The notes: generated from the sequence alone by a model not told the origin. Numbered from the whole stretch's first letter, positions 1 to 11,983 are shown. The stretch: DNA of 63,977 nt, filler included, from Hyphochytrium catenoides (GCA_900088475.1; 5 parts of 5 records of this genome joined end to end with filler, not necessarily neighbours in it); one strand, 5' to 3'. A program made the numbers and translations.

Positions 1-1104
1 AGTTTGAAAGGCGAAGATGAACCTAGAAAGAAGAGTCCACGAAAGCCAGTCATTAAAGGTGCGAAGGATCCATAAGAGATGCCTGGCTGGGTGAGGGTCC
101 ACCACAATCCACAGTCAAACAAAGGGGGTTCCTTCACGTGCTAGACAGAGATGAGAGTGATAGGGGGGAAAGAGATATTTTAGATTCCCCATAACTGTAC
201 GTCACTAAGATCATAAACACTGACAAAAAGTGTGCAGTCTGGGAACTCATTTATCTCTCATTATTCTGTCTCTCACCCTACTCTACAATAGTTCTTTCCA
301 TCCATATCCCTGCCACTCTCTGTCTTGAGTTAATCTTCATGACGTCATGTTCCAATTTTCAGCCCACCCACCCCATAGAGAAGGAAAAGAGGAGGGGATC
401 TAAGGCAAACCGTCAAACGCAGTTTAGCAGGGGTAGAACTCCATAGGTTATGTGCTCACACAGCTTGTATCAGGTTTGCCACGATGGCCTGTCAACCACA
501 AAAAGTGGACCTGGTGCCTTTGTCTTGCTCCGGTGGGTGGGGCTCCTGGTCTCTCCAACATTATTCTCGGACTCGCTGCCTAATGTTCTCCATCTCTTCA
601 CCATCTAACTCCTCTCCTGTCCCTCTCTGTAGTACCTGTAGTCTGTCTCGGTCTCCAAGAACCTAGGTTTCTGTACAACTCAATAACGGGTTCTAGAAGC
701 CTCTCTTTCAAGCTCTGTCTCCAGAGCAGAACGTATCTCTCCTGGGTCTATTTTAGACCATAAGGGCTATTACGTACCTCCCACGCGGCCGAGATCAACA
801 CTCTGTCTAGTGAAACTCTCCCCCTCGTGAAAGCTCTGTCTCGACGCTTCTTGACTGACTAAGATCCTTTACACGGAGAGAGACAGAGTGAGGAAAGAGA
901 TGTACGTTGCAAAACAGAGTGAGGAGAGAGAAACATTGGATAAAGGGAATAAAGAGTGATGGAGGGAGGACGAGGATGTGAGAGATACGAGGAGAGTTGA
1001 CAGACTAAGAAAGAGAGAAGGGAAGGGCGTTATGAGGCTGGTGTGGTGGGGGCTTCAAGCTCCATCTCTTGTGATGCTCAACACACGTGTCCTACCTTCT
1101 CCTG

Positions 1105-1106
<2 letters not shown>

Positions 1107-1151
<45 letters not shown>
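1107..1151. repeat. (CT)n microsatellite, representative of many in the window
   Basis: Uninterrupted tc dinucleotide run; similar runs at ~8151-8196, ~11919-11979, ~23204-23274, ~58321-58382, ~63175-63211. Confidence 0.95.
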
Positions 1152-1159
<8 letters not shown>

Positions 1160-1878
1160 TTCTTTCCTTCTCTCGGTCTCTCTCTCGCTCTGTATCTCTC
1201 CTCTTTGCTCTCTTTCTTCTGTCTTTTTCAGCTACACGGTCTCTCTCTTTCTTCCTTTTGTGTCTCTTTATTGGCGTTTCGCGATCTCTCTCTTTCTCTC
1301 TCTCTCCTCGAGGTGTCACGTCGCTCCTGCCTCTCTCACTGCAGCGGCTTTCTTTCCCTCTGTCTCCCATCCTCTTATGCCAGTTGCTTGGCTTTTCACT
1401 CTCACTCCTTCCTCTATCTTCATCACCTATCAACCCTTCTTCTTCTTCTTGTGTCCTGTCTCCGAGAGGAGATAGTGAATGAGGAGATGGGATGATGAGG
1501 AGTCGTCAGCCCTGTCGCTCTTTCTCTCATCAGCCACCGGTCCAGCAGCAGTGGTTAGCCAAAAAGACGGAGAAGGAAGACCCCAGTCTCACTATCCTCA
1601 TGCTCTTCTTATCATCATGAAAAGCTTTGAAGGAGAAGAAGAGAAAGACCGAGAAGAAAGCGTTGCAGGCAGCATTCTGGCTCGTGGATGATGATCATGA
1701 CCTGCATACGCTTATGCACAGCTTTATGTACTGGAAAGGAGAAGAAGGAGGAGATGACGAGTTGATCTCTGGTTGCTTGTAGTTCCTTCGCCTGTCTCCC
1801 ATCTCTCAGGATGGAGCTGTGTTCTCCGTTTCCTATCTCTTCCGTCTCTCTAGCCTCGTGGCTTTCCATCTGCAGAAG

Positions 1879-1988
1879 CTCGTCTTCTTGTGACTTTCTG
1901 CCATAAAAGGAGAGGAGACTAGCGGCGGATGATGGCAGGTCGTATCTCTCCTCCTTTTATGGCAGAGGAACTTGCACAACATGACGAG
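1879..1988 (+). ncRNA. pre-miRNA-like stem-loop (candidate)
   Basis: Perfect 16-bp inverted repeat TCTGCCATAAAAGGAG (1897-1912) / CTCCTTTTATGGCAGA (1951-1966), extended by G-U pairs and outer stems TTGTG/CACAA and CTCGTC/GACGAG. The structure is seen; expression is unknown. Confidence 0.35.
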
Positions 1989-2380
1989 ACCAAGGGAAGC
2001 GTCGCCTCTCATTCATCACTTCTTACTGCACTACCGCAGGCACCTCGGGCTCTACAGCCAGTCCTGCTGCGGCTAGCTGGTATCGAGACTCCAAGAATAG
2101 TTGCAAAACATTACTATCTTCAACGCCTGTCCCAATCTCCGTAGTTGTTTCTATCTCTTCTTGCTCTTCATTCAATCTTGCCCATCTCACTCCCATGCAA
2201 TCTCCCCACCACCACTACTAGCCCGTCTCTCTCTCTCTCTCTCTCTCTCACTGTGTCTCTCTGCTGATTGTTATTCTTTTTCTCCTTCGTCACTTCTTTC
2301 TTCCTGATACGGTGCAAGGAGGAAAGTCAGTGCAGAAACAGCTGGTGCAGGAGGCGGCCCTCCTCTCAAGAAATGGTTCT

Positions 2381-3025
2381 GGTCTTACGAAATGAGTGCA
2401 CAGAGAAAGCGAAGGTTCTTGTTAGTAAGAGGTTGTAAGATATCTTCTAAGGTCAATGGTGTGACACTGTTGTTGATGTCATTGAAAATAGCGGAGTGAG
2501 CAGTGAAGGATAAATGGTAACCTCACGGTCCCTATACCTAAGGAACCTAACGTTGTGAGACTCAGAGGAAGTGTTGGAACATGTGGGACTCTCACCCTTG
2601 GGTTGCGATGATCAATGGGGCAAGCTGGTGACAGGCATTGCCTGGCAGCCAGTATAGGAGGTGTCACAAGATTTATGACACAAAGCCTCATCGTGTGACC
2701 ACACTGGCACTTACACGTGCCTCAGAGGCACTTTGGGCCAGTGAACCTGGACAGATTTGACCACATTCGTAGTTCTTTCCTTCTCCTTCCTTATCTTCTT
2801 GCTTCTATCATATTCTTCTTACTCCTAAGAACTCTCTATGAAGTAGGTACCATGAGTAGGACTCTTAGGTATAGGGACAGTGAGGTTACCATTTATCCTT
2901 CACTGCTCACTCCACTATTTTCAATGACATCAACAACAGTGTCACACCATTGACCTTAGAAGATATCTACAACCTCTTACTAACAAGAACCTTCGCTTAC
3001 TCTGTGCACTCGCTTCGTAAGAACC
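2381..3025. repeat. Long inverted repeat (~150-bp arms, ~320-bp spacer)
   Basis: 2394-2542 is the reverse complement of 2864-3011 with 3 substitutions and one 1-nt indel by manual alignment; weaker similarity extends to 2381/3025. Confidence 0.92.
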
Positions 3026-4368
3026 TTACTGTTCTTATGCTGCTTGATGTCAGAACGCTAGAAAAAATTAAAGGAAAACTCAGCACTATGTTTGCCTTCT
3101 TCTCCTTCTGCAGGAGCAAGAAGAGGCTTGACTTAGAACTACGTCTCCGCCTTTCATCCCTCCTCTTTCTCTATCTCTCTTCTTTCCTGTTCTTCTGTGT
3201 GTCTGTTTATCTATCTGTCTCTCTTGTTGCTTCTTTTCTGGTCCTGACCAGTTCTCTCTTTTGTTCCACCAGAACCTCAGCCTTCTCCTCTCTCTCTTCC
3301 GTAAGGTCTACGTCATTGTCATGATCAATCAGCACTATATTCTCCTTCTCCAGCATCGACCAGCGCTCTCTACATAGTTCTAATTCTGCTTTGTCTCTGT
3401 CTTCTCTTCTTCTTTCCTCTTCTTCGCTCCTACGAGGCGTCTGTCTCCCTCTCTCTTCCTTTTTTATTATTCTCCTTCTCCCTTTATTTGCTCTCGCTGG
3501 CTACTCTTTCTCCTTCCATCGTCGTCCTTTTCTTCGCCACTCATCACTCCTCATCATCATCACGGCCATCACGGCAACGAGACGTCTTCAGGTTGGAGGG
3601 GCGATGACTCGCCTTGAAGAATAAAAAAGACAATGTACTTTACCATGATGGGAAAGAAGATGACGTCCTATGCCGCCGTTTGTTCCTCGTCCTTTGGCAC
3701 CAGCAGCAGGCAAGAGTAGATTACCTGTCCGTAGTATGTCATCGAGATCTCCTTACTCTATTATGTGGCCAGGGGAAGGAGAGACTAGAGAGAGAAAAAG
3801 AGAAGAGAGAGAGAGAAAAAGAGAAGCGAGAGAGGGTAAAAGTAGACCTATAGAAGAGTTATGGGGGGAAAAAAGAGCAAACTGCAAGAGACAGAACCAA
3901 AAGAAGACCAGCTACTCATAGATGATAATAGATGTAATAGACAGAGCGCATCATTTGTATGCTTGCGAGCAGGGAAGACTGTAGAATTAAGTATTAGAGA
4001 TTGCTCTCTTTGTCAGCAGAAAGAGAGACAGGGAAAGAGAGAAGTAGAAAGAGAGAGAGACAACCATGTCGTATAGCAGCGGGAAGCAGCCGATAGCTAG
4101 TCCTGATCGGCAAATAATGTTGACCGACCTTCTCAGCTTTCTTTTCTAATCCTCTGGCCCCCTCCGCTTCCCCCTTACCTCGGCCAGTCNNNNNNNNNNN
4201 NNNNNNNNNNNNNNNNNNNNNNNNNNNNNNNNNNNNNNNNNNNNNNNNNNNNNNNNNNNNNNNNNNNNNNNNNNNNNNNNNNNNNTCTCTCTCTTTCTCC
4301 GCTCTCTCTCTCTTTCTCCTCTCTCTCTCTTTCTTTCTTCTCTCTCTCCCTCTCCCTTTCTCTCCCTC

Positions 4369-4411
<43 letters not shown>

Positions 4412-5129
4412 GTTCTTGTCGTCCTTTCAACTAACGTTGGTCATGCTGACAAAAAAGTACTTTTCGGCCTTACTCCTCCTTCCCCAACAGTCTACTCAAT
4501 CGTGATGAGAACTGACTCAGAGTGTAGAAAGGTTATACCTCCTCCGACGGACGGGAAGAGAAAGCGAACGGACACGCCACCCCTACACATCAAGGTAACG
4601 GTGGCAACAAAGAATAAAAGAGAAAAGAAGGAGATAATAACAAGCGGCTGAGCAGCCTAGTGAGGAGCAATGATACCAAAGCGGCTGAGCAGCGTGGCCC
4701 ACTTGTGGCCGAGTGCTTCTATGGGAGAGAGAGAAAAGACTTGAAAATAGATGATGAGTGATTGAGAGAAAAACATAGAAGAGGGAGAGAGGAGTGTAAA
4801 GTGAGAGAAGCTAGAAGACCGATTGAAGTGCTAAGTTAGAGAAAGAGAAAGAGAGAGAGAGGAGGAGAGAGAAAAAGAGAGAGAGAGAGAAAGAGAGAGA
4901 GAGATAAAAAGATAAAGAGATAAAGAGAAAGCTGATGGTATCGCAATTGTTTACAAGTGGAGAGAAGTTATAGACTAGTAGCGGACAAGGAGAGAGAAGC
5001 AGCAGCGCGTAAGCGCTTTTCAGTTCCTTGTCGTTCAAAGTAACCCTTTGCTATGTGAGAGAGAAACTAATAAAAGTGAGAAGAGTCCTTCTTTCTCTCT
5101 CTCTTCTTCCAAACAGGCTATATCCAACA

Positions 5130-6470
5130 CTAATGAGGGAACGGACAACCGCCGCCAGCAGCGGTGGCTGGCGGTCCAGCCATGGCCGAGGAGTTATTGA
5201 CGCTGGCCGTGCTCTGTCGTCTCGCGGCGTGCTGCCTGTGTCCATTCATATAGATCTTCTTCCTTCCAGGCAGTATATTCAGGTCCTTGAACCAAGCCGT
5301 CGTAGAGTCTCTGGCCTTCTCCATCAGCTTCAGCACTGAAGATCCGACGCCCTGGCTCTCCTTCTCTCCATCTTTCTTGTTGGTCGAACCATTTGAGGAG
5401 CTACCGGCAGAAGTTGTGCTCCTTCTCTTGTCAAGGTTCCCCTTCGCTTTTGTGGTCTGCTTCAAGAACTGCTGATAATATGGAAGAAGAAGATTGAGCA
5501 CTTCCTCGGTGAATGGCCTCCAGAAGTCAATGCGTCTGCCGTCCTTCTCATAGGTCTGCAGTGTCTTGAGCCTCAACTTCGAAGAGATATTGATCTCATC
5601 CGAAGCCCCTTCTTCTACGTGATTTCTCATTATGTCCAGCGTTAGCTCACCTCTCTTGTCGGGATCTACCTCTTCCTCGAACCTCAGGGCCAACTCTATG
5701 TACTTCATGTTCTCGGGGCAATGCTGCCTTACCATGTACTTTGTGAACTCCTCCTTGACGTCTGGCTTGTCTTTCAAGGTCTGATAGAGCATCAAGATCG
5801 TCGTCTCCTGCTCTGAGTAGTATCCATCCTCGTCTTTGACATAGTGCCGGGTGAAGAGGTCGTTCTGGATCCAGAAAACCTTAGTGATCGCCTCAAGAAG
5901 AGCACTCTGTGTCTCTGGTTTGCCCTTCAGATCAGGGCTGGTGATGATCTCTTTGACCAGCAGGGCGTGGAGAAAGCCTAAGAGAGCGTTGATGTGGATA
6001 TACTCGACGTGCAGATTGCTTTTCTTATTCGACTTGACGCTGTGCATCCTCCCTATCCAGTCCATGAACTGCACTGTCTTCTGGTCAATCTCTCCCGAGA
6101 AAATCTTCATGAAGTAGCTCTTCAAGAAGTCTTTCCGCACCTGTATCTCGTCATCTTTCCCTTCCGTCGTGTCAGTCGTGTCTAAGGAGTTCCTCTTCTG
6201 CTGCGTCCGATTGCGATGGTTTATAAAGACACTCTTTGTCGCGTCGTAGCTGAACAGACGGCGATAGGCATGGTCTAGCACAGGCTTGAGGCAGTTGTCC
6301 AACAGGAAAAGATGGTCAATGAGGCACTGACTGTCTGTCTTCGTGAAGCCGATGAACTCTGCAACGTGCTGATATCTGTACCAGAGATCCGTGTGCAGGA
6401 GCTCCCGGTTAACAAAGTGAAGAGTCATCACTGAGTCCTGACGGCGAGGAGGAGGAGACTTGGGCGTCAT
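5130..6470 (-). CDS. Protoglobin (globin sensor) domain + RGS domain fusion protein, 446 aa, intronless
   Basis: N-half has protoglobin-family motifs LHTDLWYRYQHVAEFIGFT, AYRRLFSYDATKSVF, IGRMH (proximal His), LHVEYIHINALLG, KVFWIQNDLFTRHY. C-half has an RGS pattern: FTKYMVRQHCPENMKY, GASDEINISS, EEVLNLLLPYYQQFL. Ends GGCPFPH. Confidence 0.85.
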   Translation of the reverse strand: MTPKSPPPRRQDSVMTLHFVNRELLHTDLWYRYQHVAEFIGFTKTDSQCLIDHLFLLDNCLKPVLDHAYRRLFSYDATKSVFINHRNRTQQKRNSLDTTDTTEGKDDEIQVRKDFLKSYFMKIFSGEIDQKTVQFMDWIGRMHSVKSNKKSNLHVEYIHINALLGFLHALLVKEIITSPDLKGKPETQSALLEAITKVFWIQNDLFTRHYVKDEDGYYSEQETTILMLYQTLKDKPDVKEEFTKYMVRQHCPENMKYIELALRFEEEVDPDKRGELTLDIMRNHVEEGASDEINISSKLRLKTLQTYEKDGRRIDFWRPFTEEVLNLLLPYYQQFLKQTTKAKGNLDKRRSTTSAGSSSNGSTNKKDGEKESQGVGSSVLKLMEKARDSTTAWFKDLNILPGRKKIYMNGHRQHAARRQSTASVNNSSAMAGPPATAAGGGCPFPH

Positions 6471-6804
6471 TATTGGTGTTCCTCTCTTTCCTGACGTCTC
6501 TGCTGCTTTTTTTCCACTCCTCTTGCAAAAGAAGTAAGGTAGCTCTGTGACTATATCTGTGCCTCTGGCGTCGCGCTACGGCAGAGGACTTCTTCTCTCT
6601 CGGTTGTTCTCTCTCTCTCTCTCTCCCTATTTCTCTCTCCTTCAAAAAAAATAATAGGAAATTGAGGATGAAGAAAATTCTTATCGATGCTCAGGCTATA
6701 ATGCAGGCGTGATGGCGGTGGGAATGAGTTGGTGAGGAGAGAAGTGGAAGAGGGCAACTGAAGGCTTGAAGAGAACATGAGAACGACCCAACTGTGACAA
6801 AGGG

Positions 6805-6840
<36 letters not shown>

Positions 6841-8151
6841 AAGAGCGGCGAGCGAGCGATGATGACACACAGGAGACAGACGTAATATTTTAAGCTGCTC
6901 TGGAGTTATAGAGGCTACTGGAGAAAGATGGCGGAGAGAGAAGAGAGGCGATGCACAGAGATGATGATGCTTAGAAGAGGAGGATGAGCACCGAAGAAGC
7001 CAGCTCCTTATTAGGGTTCCCAAGACAGCTCTTCACATCCAAGCTCTCTCTCTCTTTCTCACTCTTCCTTTCTTTTTTTCTCTCTCTCTCTCGCGCTCTC
7101 TCTGCCTTTTCTTTCGGCGTCGCCCTTATCAAGCTCTGCTTCTCCTCCTGTCCTTTCTCCCCCTGTTCCGTTCTTGAAATTTCCTGCTCTTACGAGCGCG
7201 AGAGGGTCAGGTAGCCCCTGACAACAACTGAGCACCAGCCTCTTAGTGAGAGACAGAAGATCTTTGTATTGATCTTATCAGCTGAACTCTGCTATAACTG
7301 TCAGTGGAAGGGGATAGGGAAGAGATAAGATCAGGGAAGACGGCAATGATAGGATAAAGAAGGGAAGAGAGAAAGAGAGGAGAAAGCAAAAGTGGCAGAG
7401 AGAAAAAGGGAATAGAGTAAGAGAACCGACAGACAAGTAAGAAGAGAGGAGATTGCCTCTGTCGACGACTTGGCGCCATAGGAGTGCTAAACATCGCACT
7501 GATTGGGCAGCTGGATGTTGCAAGAGAAGGCAAGCAACAAGGAGAGAGAGAAAACAAAAGAGGATGGGGAGACTTGCATACAAAGAACAAACAGGGACAG
7601 CAAAGAGAGAAACAGGAAAAGAGCAAGGGAGAAGAGCATTTCTTTCGAATGTAATAGGTATGGAGAGCGAGAAGCAAGCACGAAGAAAAGAAGGGAAAGA
7701 TGGGACGAGAAAGACACTGGAGGCAGCAGCAGCAGATGGAACTAAGGCGATCCTGTCATCCTTGTTATCCAGGCAAAAATAGGCAGGTATGGGGCCAGGA
7801 AGAGCAGGGCAGCTGGCGGAGAGGCTGTGGAAAGGATGACGCGGGCAGCAGGGCAGTAATCAACCGGGGACGTTATAGAGAAATGACGAAGCCTCTTTGT
7901 GTCATGGAGAAGCAGCCACAGGCACCAGAAAAGAACGTTGCCATAATAGGGCCTGCACCAGGAGAAGAGACAGAACAAAGAAAAGAGAAGTGTACTAGGA
8001 CAGCAGGTGAAGTGTTCACGAGAGAGAGAGAGAGAGAGAGACACAAACAGACACAGGCAGACAGACCGACCAACCAAGGCAAGCGATCAAGAAAGTGAAG
8101 AGAGGGAGGGAGCAAAGTCCCAGGATGGGTATGGACAGCGAGAGAGAAGGA

Positions 8152-8201
<50 letters not shown>

Positions 8202-8395
8202 ATGATGGGGATGAGGAGCAGAAAGAAACGGAGGGGACGTGCCTGACTGGCAGCAGTAATAATAGTAACGGTCGATTAGATCAGTTTACAAACCGCATAT
8301 TGTGAACACTTGGTAAGTATTATTATCGGGCAACCCCTTTCCAACAACGTTTCATATTTGGGCAGTGGGCAAAAAGAGAGACAAACAACAGACAG

Positions 8396-8430
<35 letters not shown>

Positions 8431-8500
8431 ACGAGAGAGAGAGAGATGTGGAGAAAGACAAGGGGAGAGAGGATGCACCAGAGAGAAAGGCAAGGTAGAG

Positions 8501-8540
<40 letters not shown>

Positions 8541-9815
8541 ANNNNNNNNNNNNNNNNNAGAGAGAGAAGCCCATCGGCGGATGAGCTTCCGGAAGGGCGA
8601 ACAACAAGGCGAATAATGAAGAGAGAAGCTGGAGAGCAAATGCTAAAAATAGTCACCACTCTGACTGCCAGTGCCCGTAGCACCTTTTGCAGGTTAAAGT
8701 TTGCTTTGCTCGTCTCCCCCAGCGCGCGGCAGGCCCAACGTAACACGACGGAGAGCTGGCAGGAGAGAAGAGAGAGAGGGAAAGAGGGGAAAGGTGTAGC
8801 GTGAGACCAGCAAGTACACATGAGAAGAAAGAGATGTTGAAAGAGACGAAATAAGAAGGATTGAGAGAGAGAGACACACAAAGAGAGTCAGAATAGGAGA
8901 GAGACAGACAGACAGTGAGAGAACGAAGACAGAGAGAGAGAGAGAGAGTCGGGAGAGGAAAACGCAGAGATCAAGACATAGAGAGACAGAACGAGGTAGT
9001 AGGGAGAGACAGCGAGATAGAGGTAGACAAAGCGTCCGAGAGAGAGAGAGAGAGGAAAGTCACCAAGAACGAACGATAAAGCGCGTCTCAAGACGTGTGC
9101 TGCCCTATCGCTCTTTATTCCTCCTGCTAACATCAATGCATCGAACTGGGTTGGCAGAACTCACAGCCTTTCTCTGCTGCTCAGACTGCGCATCATCTCT
9201 ATCTTGGAGCAGCCTTGGGCTGTAAGGAGGAGAACCGGGAGACATGTGACTGAGTTCAAAGTGGAAGAGAGAGGCGAAGAGATATGTGAGAAGGAGATAT
9301 GAGAGAAAGAGAGAGAGAGAGCAATGGATGTACGGCCGAAGAATGGTGCCATCAGGAACATTTCTTCCTCCCCCGAACAAGACAAATGACGTCAGCTGTT
9401 GGTAACCTTCTTTCTTGAGAAAGGTAAGGCAGCGGCAGGAGGCGAGAGGAGAACAAGCAGAAACAGAGAGAAAGAGAGAGAGAGAGGAGGAACAAGGGAG
9501 ATACGATGACCTAAAGCCGTCCATACATTAAAAGGGTGCGGCAGAAGCGGCAGAAGGCAACAATTACTATTGACAGGAAAGAGTGCATCGACGCTGAGGA
9601 GAGAGAGAAGAGGAGAGAGTGCGAGAAAGAAAGAGAGAGTGAAGAGAGCTTTGGAAGACTGCAGCAGTTCACGGAATAACGGCCGGACGAAGGAGGAATC
9701 TCCTCATCTTGGAAAAGCAAGCTAAACGCTTCCATTTATACACAGAATTTATCTCTTTTTGTTCTGTTTCCNNNNNNNNNNNNNNNNNNNNNNNNNNNNN
9801 NNNNNNNNNNNNNNN

Positions 9816-9827
9816 TTAATTAATTAA
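9816..9827. other. Artificial contig-joining linker TTAATTAATTAA within N run
   Basis: Six-frame stop linker flanked by Ns; identical copies at 30747-30758, 55973-55984 and 57236-57247. Confidence 0.95.
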
Positions 9828-9875
9828 NNNNNNNNNNNNNNNNNNNNNNNNNNNNNNNNNNNNNNNNNNNNAGAG

Positions 9876-9909
<34 letters not shown>

Positions 9910-10085
9910 AGGGCAATGGGGGAGAGGGAAGAGAAAGAGAGAGAAAGCGCGGGTAAGAGAGAGTAAGTAGAACAAAAGAGACAAACAAGAGAATGGCAGA
10001 AAAAGAGGAAGATGAAACGCCCCAGAAGAGCGATTAAAAGAAGACAGCTGTCAGAAGTACGAGATGATAGAGAAAGAAAACCTAC

Positions 10086-10606
10086 CGACAAACACCGTCG
10101 CTACTTCGTCCTCCTTCCTCTCTCTCTCCTCCTTCTCTCCAAGCTTCTCTCTTTTCTCTTTCTTTCTCGCCTCTCTCATAGCTTCCAGTTTCTCCTTCTC
10201 TTCTTCCGTGAGCTCTTTATGCTCAAAAGGACAGTTGTCTCCTCTCTGACAGCTTCCTTTGTTCTGAAAGTCAAAGCAAACCTTTGCCGTCTGTGCCTTC
10301 TTCTTCTGGTTTCTCTCCTTCCCTTCTCCTTTAAAGCGCTCCACCTGCACTCTGCAGCCTAACACTTCCTTGCCCGAGAGAGAGAGAACAGAAGAGATTG
10401 CCTCTTCTCGTCTCTTCTTCGAGAAAGAGACAAGTGTCATGCTTCGACGCTTGAGCTTCTTAGGGAAGGTCTTGACAAGGATGTCCTTCACCTTACCGCC
10501 CGAATCTTTGACACTTTCCTCAATGTAAGCGCGCACATCTTCGGTCCCCATCGTAGAAGGGAGACCGCCGATAAAGACGTCAAAGTCACGGCGTTGCGAC
10601 TGAAGA

Positions 10607-10675
<69 letters not shown>

Positions 10676-11358
10676 GAGAGAAAGAGAGAGAGATAAAGAG
10701 AGAGACCGAGAGACGAGAGGACAAGGTATTAGGGGGACAGAAGGAAGGATGGTCGAGACAGAGAAGAGAATAGAGGAATAACAAGAGAGGCACAGAGAGA
10801 GAGAAAGAAAGAGAGAGAGGTTGGGGCCGAACGGAGAGAGAGAGAGAGACCGTGCGGCGAAGAAGAGGAAGAGGTCAGTAGAGTTGTCAGCCTCCAACCT
10901 CCCTCCCCGTGCGATAGGGAAGCGCTCAGAAGACAGAGAGGTGCAGAGGTCTCGGCTAGTGAGAGAGCTTAGAGCAACAGTGAGGAGATGAGGGACGGCC
11001 AAGGACGATGGAGGATCAAAACCTGTCAAATCAAGAGAGAGAGAGAGACAGACACAGGAGACATAAAGGATGGGAGAGAGAGAGAGAGAGGAGAGAGAGA
11101 CAGACAGACAGACAAAGAGAGAGTGAGGAGATGGAAGATGCAGCAGAAAGAGGAGAGAGCTTCTGCTCATACCGTCTCGACCTCTCCCTGACTGCCCTGC
11201 GCTTCCTCCTCCAGCGCTGTCCATCCCCAGCCCGAGGACTCGTCTCCAGCCTTCTGTTGCTTCTCTTCCTTCACCAGCTTCCCAGCACCAAGCTTCTTCG
11301 CAGCTTTCAGTGCTTTGGGCTTCTTTAATACCGCGCCTCTCGTCTTACCAGCAGCCAT
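10086..11358 (-). CDS. RRM + CCCH zinc finger RNA-binding protein, 3'-truncated at contig end
   Basis: Exon 1 11358-11173 (Lys-rich MAAGKTRGAVLKKPK) splices in phase 0 to exon 2 10599-10086: RNP2 DVFIGGLP, CCCH CFDFQNKGSCQRGDNCPFEH, then the start of a second RRM (ATVFVG). Confidence 0.8.
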
Positions 11359-11411
11359 CTTCTGCGCTCTTCACCTGCTCGTCTCGGACAAGAGGCTGCC
11401 CTTGACGTTGT

Positions 11412-11450
<39 letters not shown>

Positions 11451-11918
11451 CAGTCTTCTGTAAGCCCCTGTCTCGTCTTAGCAGGTGATCTGTGGTGCGT
11501 CAGCCGCGTCAACCTCTTTATCGAGATTGTATTGTGCTTTTCCGTCCGCGCTGTCTCCACATTAACCTCGCGATGATGTTTTCTCCATCTCTCTTTTCTT
11601 ACTCTCTGTCTCTCTCTCTTACTCTCTGTCTCTCTCTCTTCTGTCTATGTGTCTCTCTCCCTTNNNNNNNNNNNNNNNNNNNNNNNNNNNNNNNNNNNNN
11701 NNNNNNNNNNNNNNNNNNNTTCCTATGAAGCGGTGCGGCGCAGACGGGTGTGGCCACCCATTCTCCAAAAGAACGCTGTCAGCAACAGGGACGGTCTAAA
11801 TTCGAATATCTGTGCATTTGGCGTTCACATCCCGAACAAAGAGGTTGAGCTTGTGAAGTTGATGCCACCATGATTCCAAGGTGAGAACCTCAGAATCCCA
11901 AGCTTTGATGCTTGCAGA

Positions 11919-11983
<65 letters not shown>

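Noticed and set aside
978-1495. Long ORFs rich in SLSLSL or RERERE here and throughout the window
   Set aside because: Translations of (CT)n/(GA)n microsatellites, which lack stop codons.
1700-3960. Possible older, larger inverted duplication around the 2.4-3.0 kb repeat
   Set aside because: Only patchy matches by eye; cannot be separated from chance in purine/pyrimidine-biased sequence.
4642-4693. 15-bp direct repeat AAGCGGCTGAGCAGC with a 22-bp spacer (CRISPR-like look)
   Set aside because: Only two copies, eukaryotic context, no cas genes; a local tandem duplication.
7243-9735. Probable minus-strand multi-exon gene between GA-rich introns
   Set aside because: Could not assemble a consistent reading frame or recognise a product.
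11721-11880. Exon-like segment with an in-frame TGA before a splice donor (possible selenocysteine)
   Set aside because: No recognisable selenoprotein motif or SECIS; truncated by an N gap; may be UTR.
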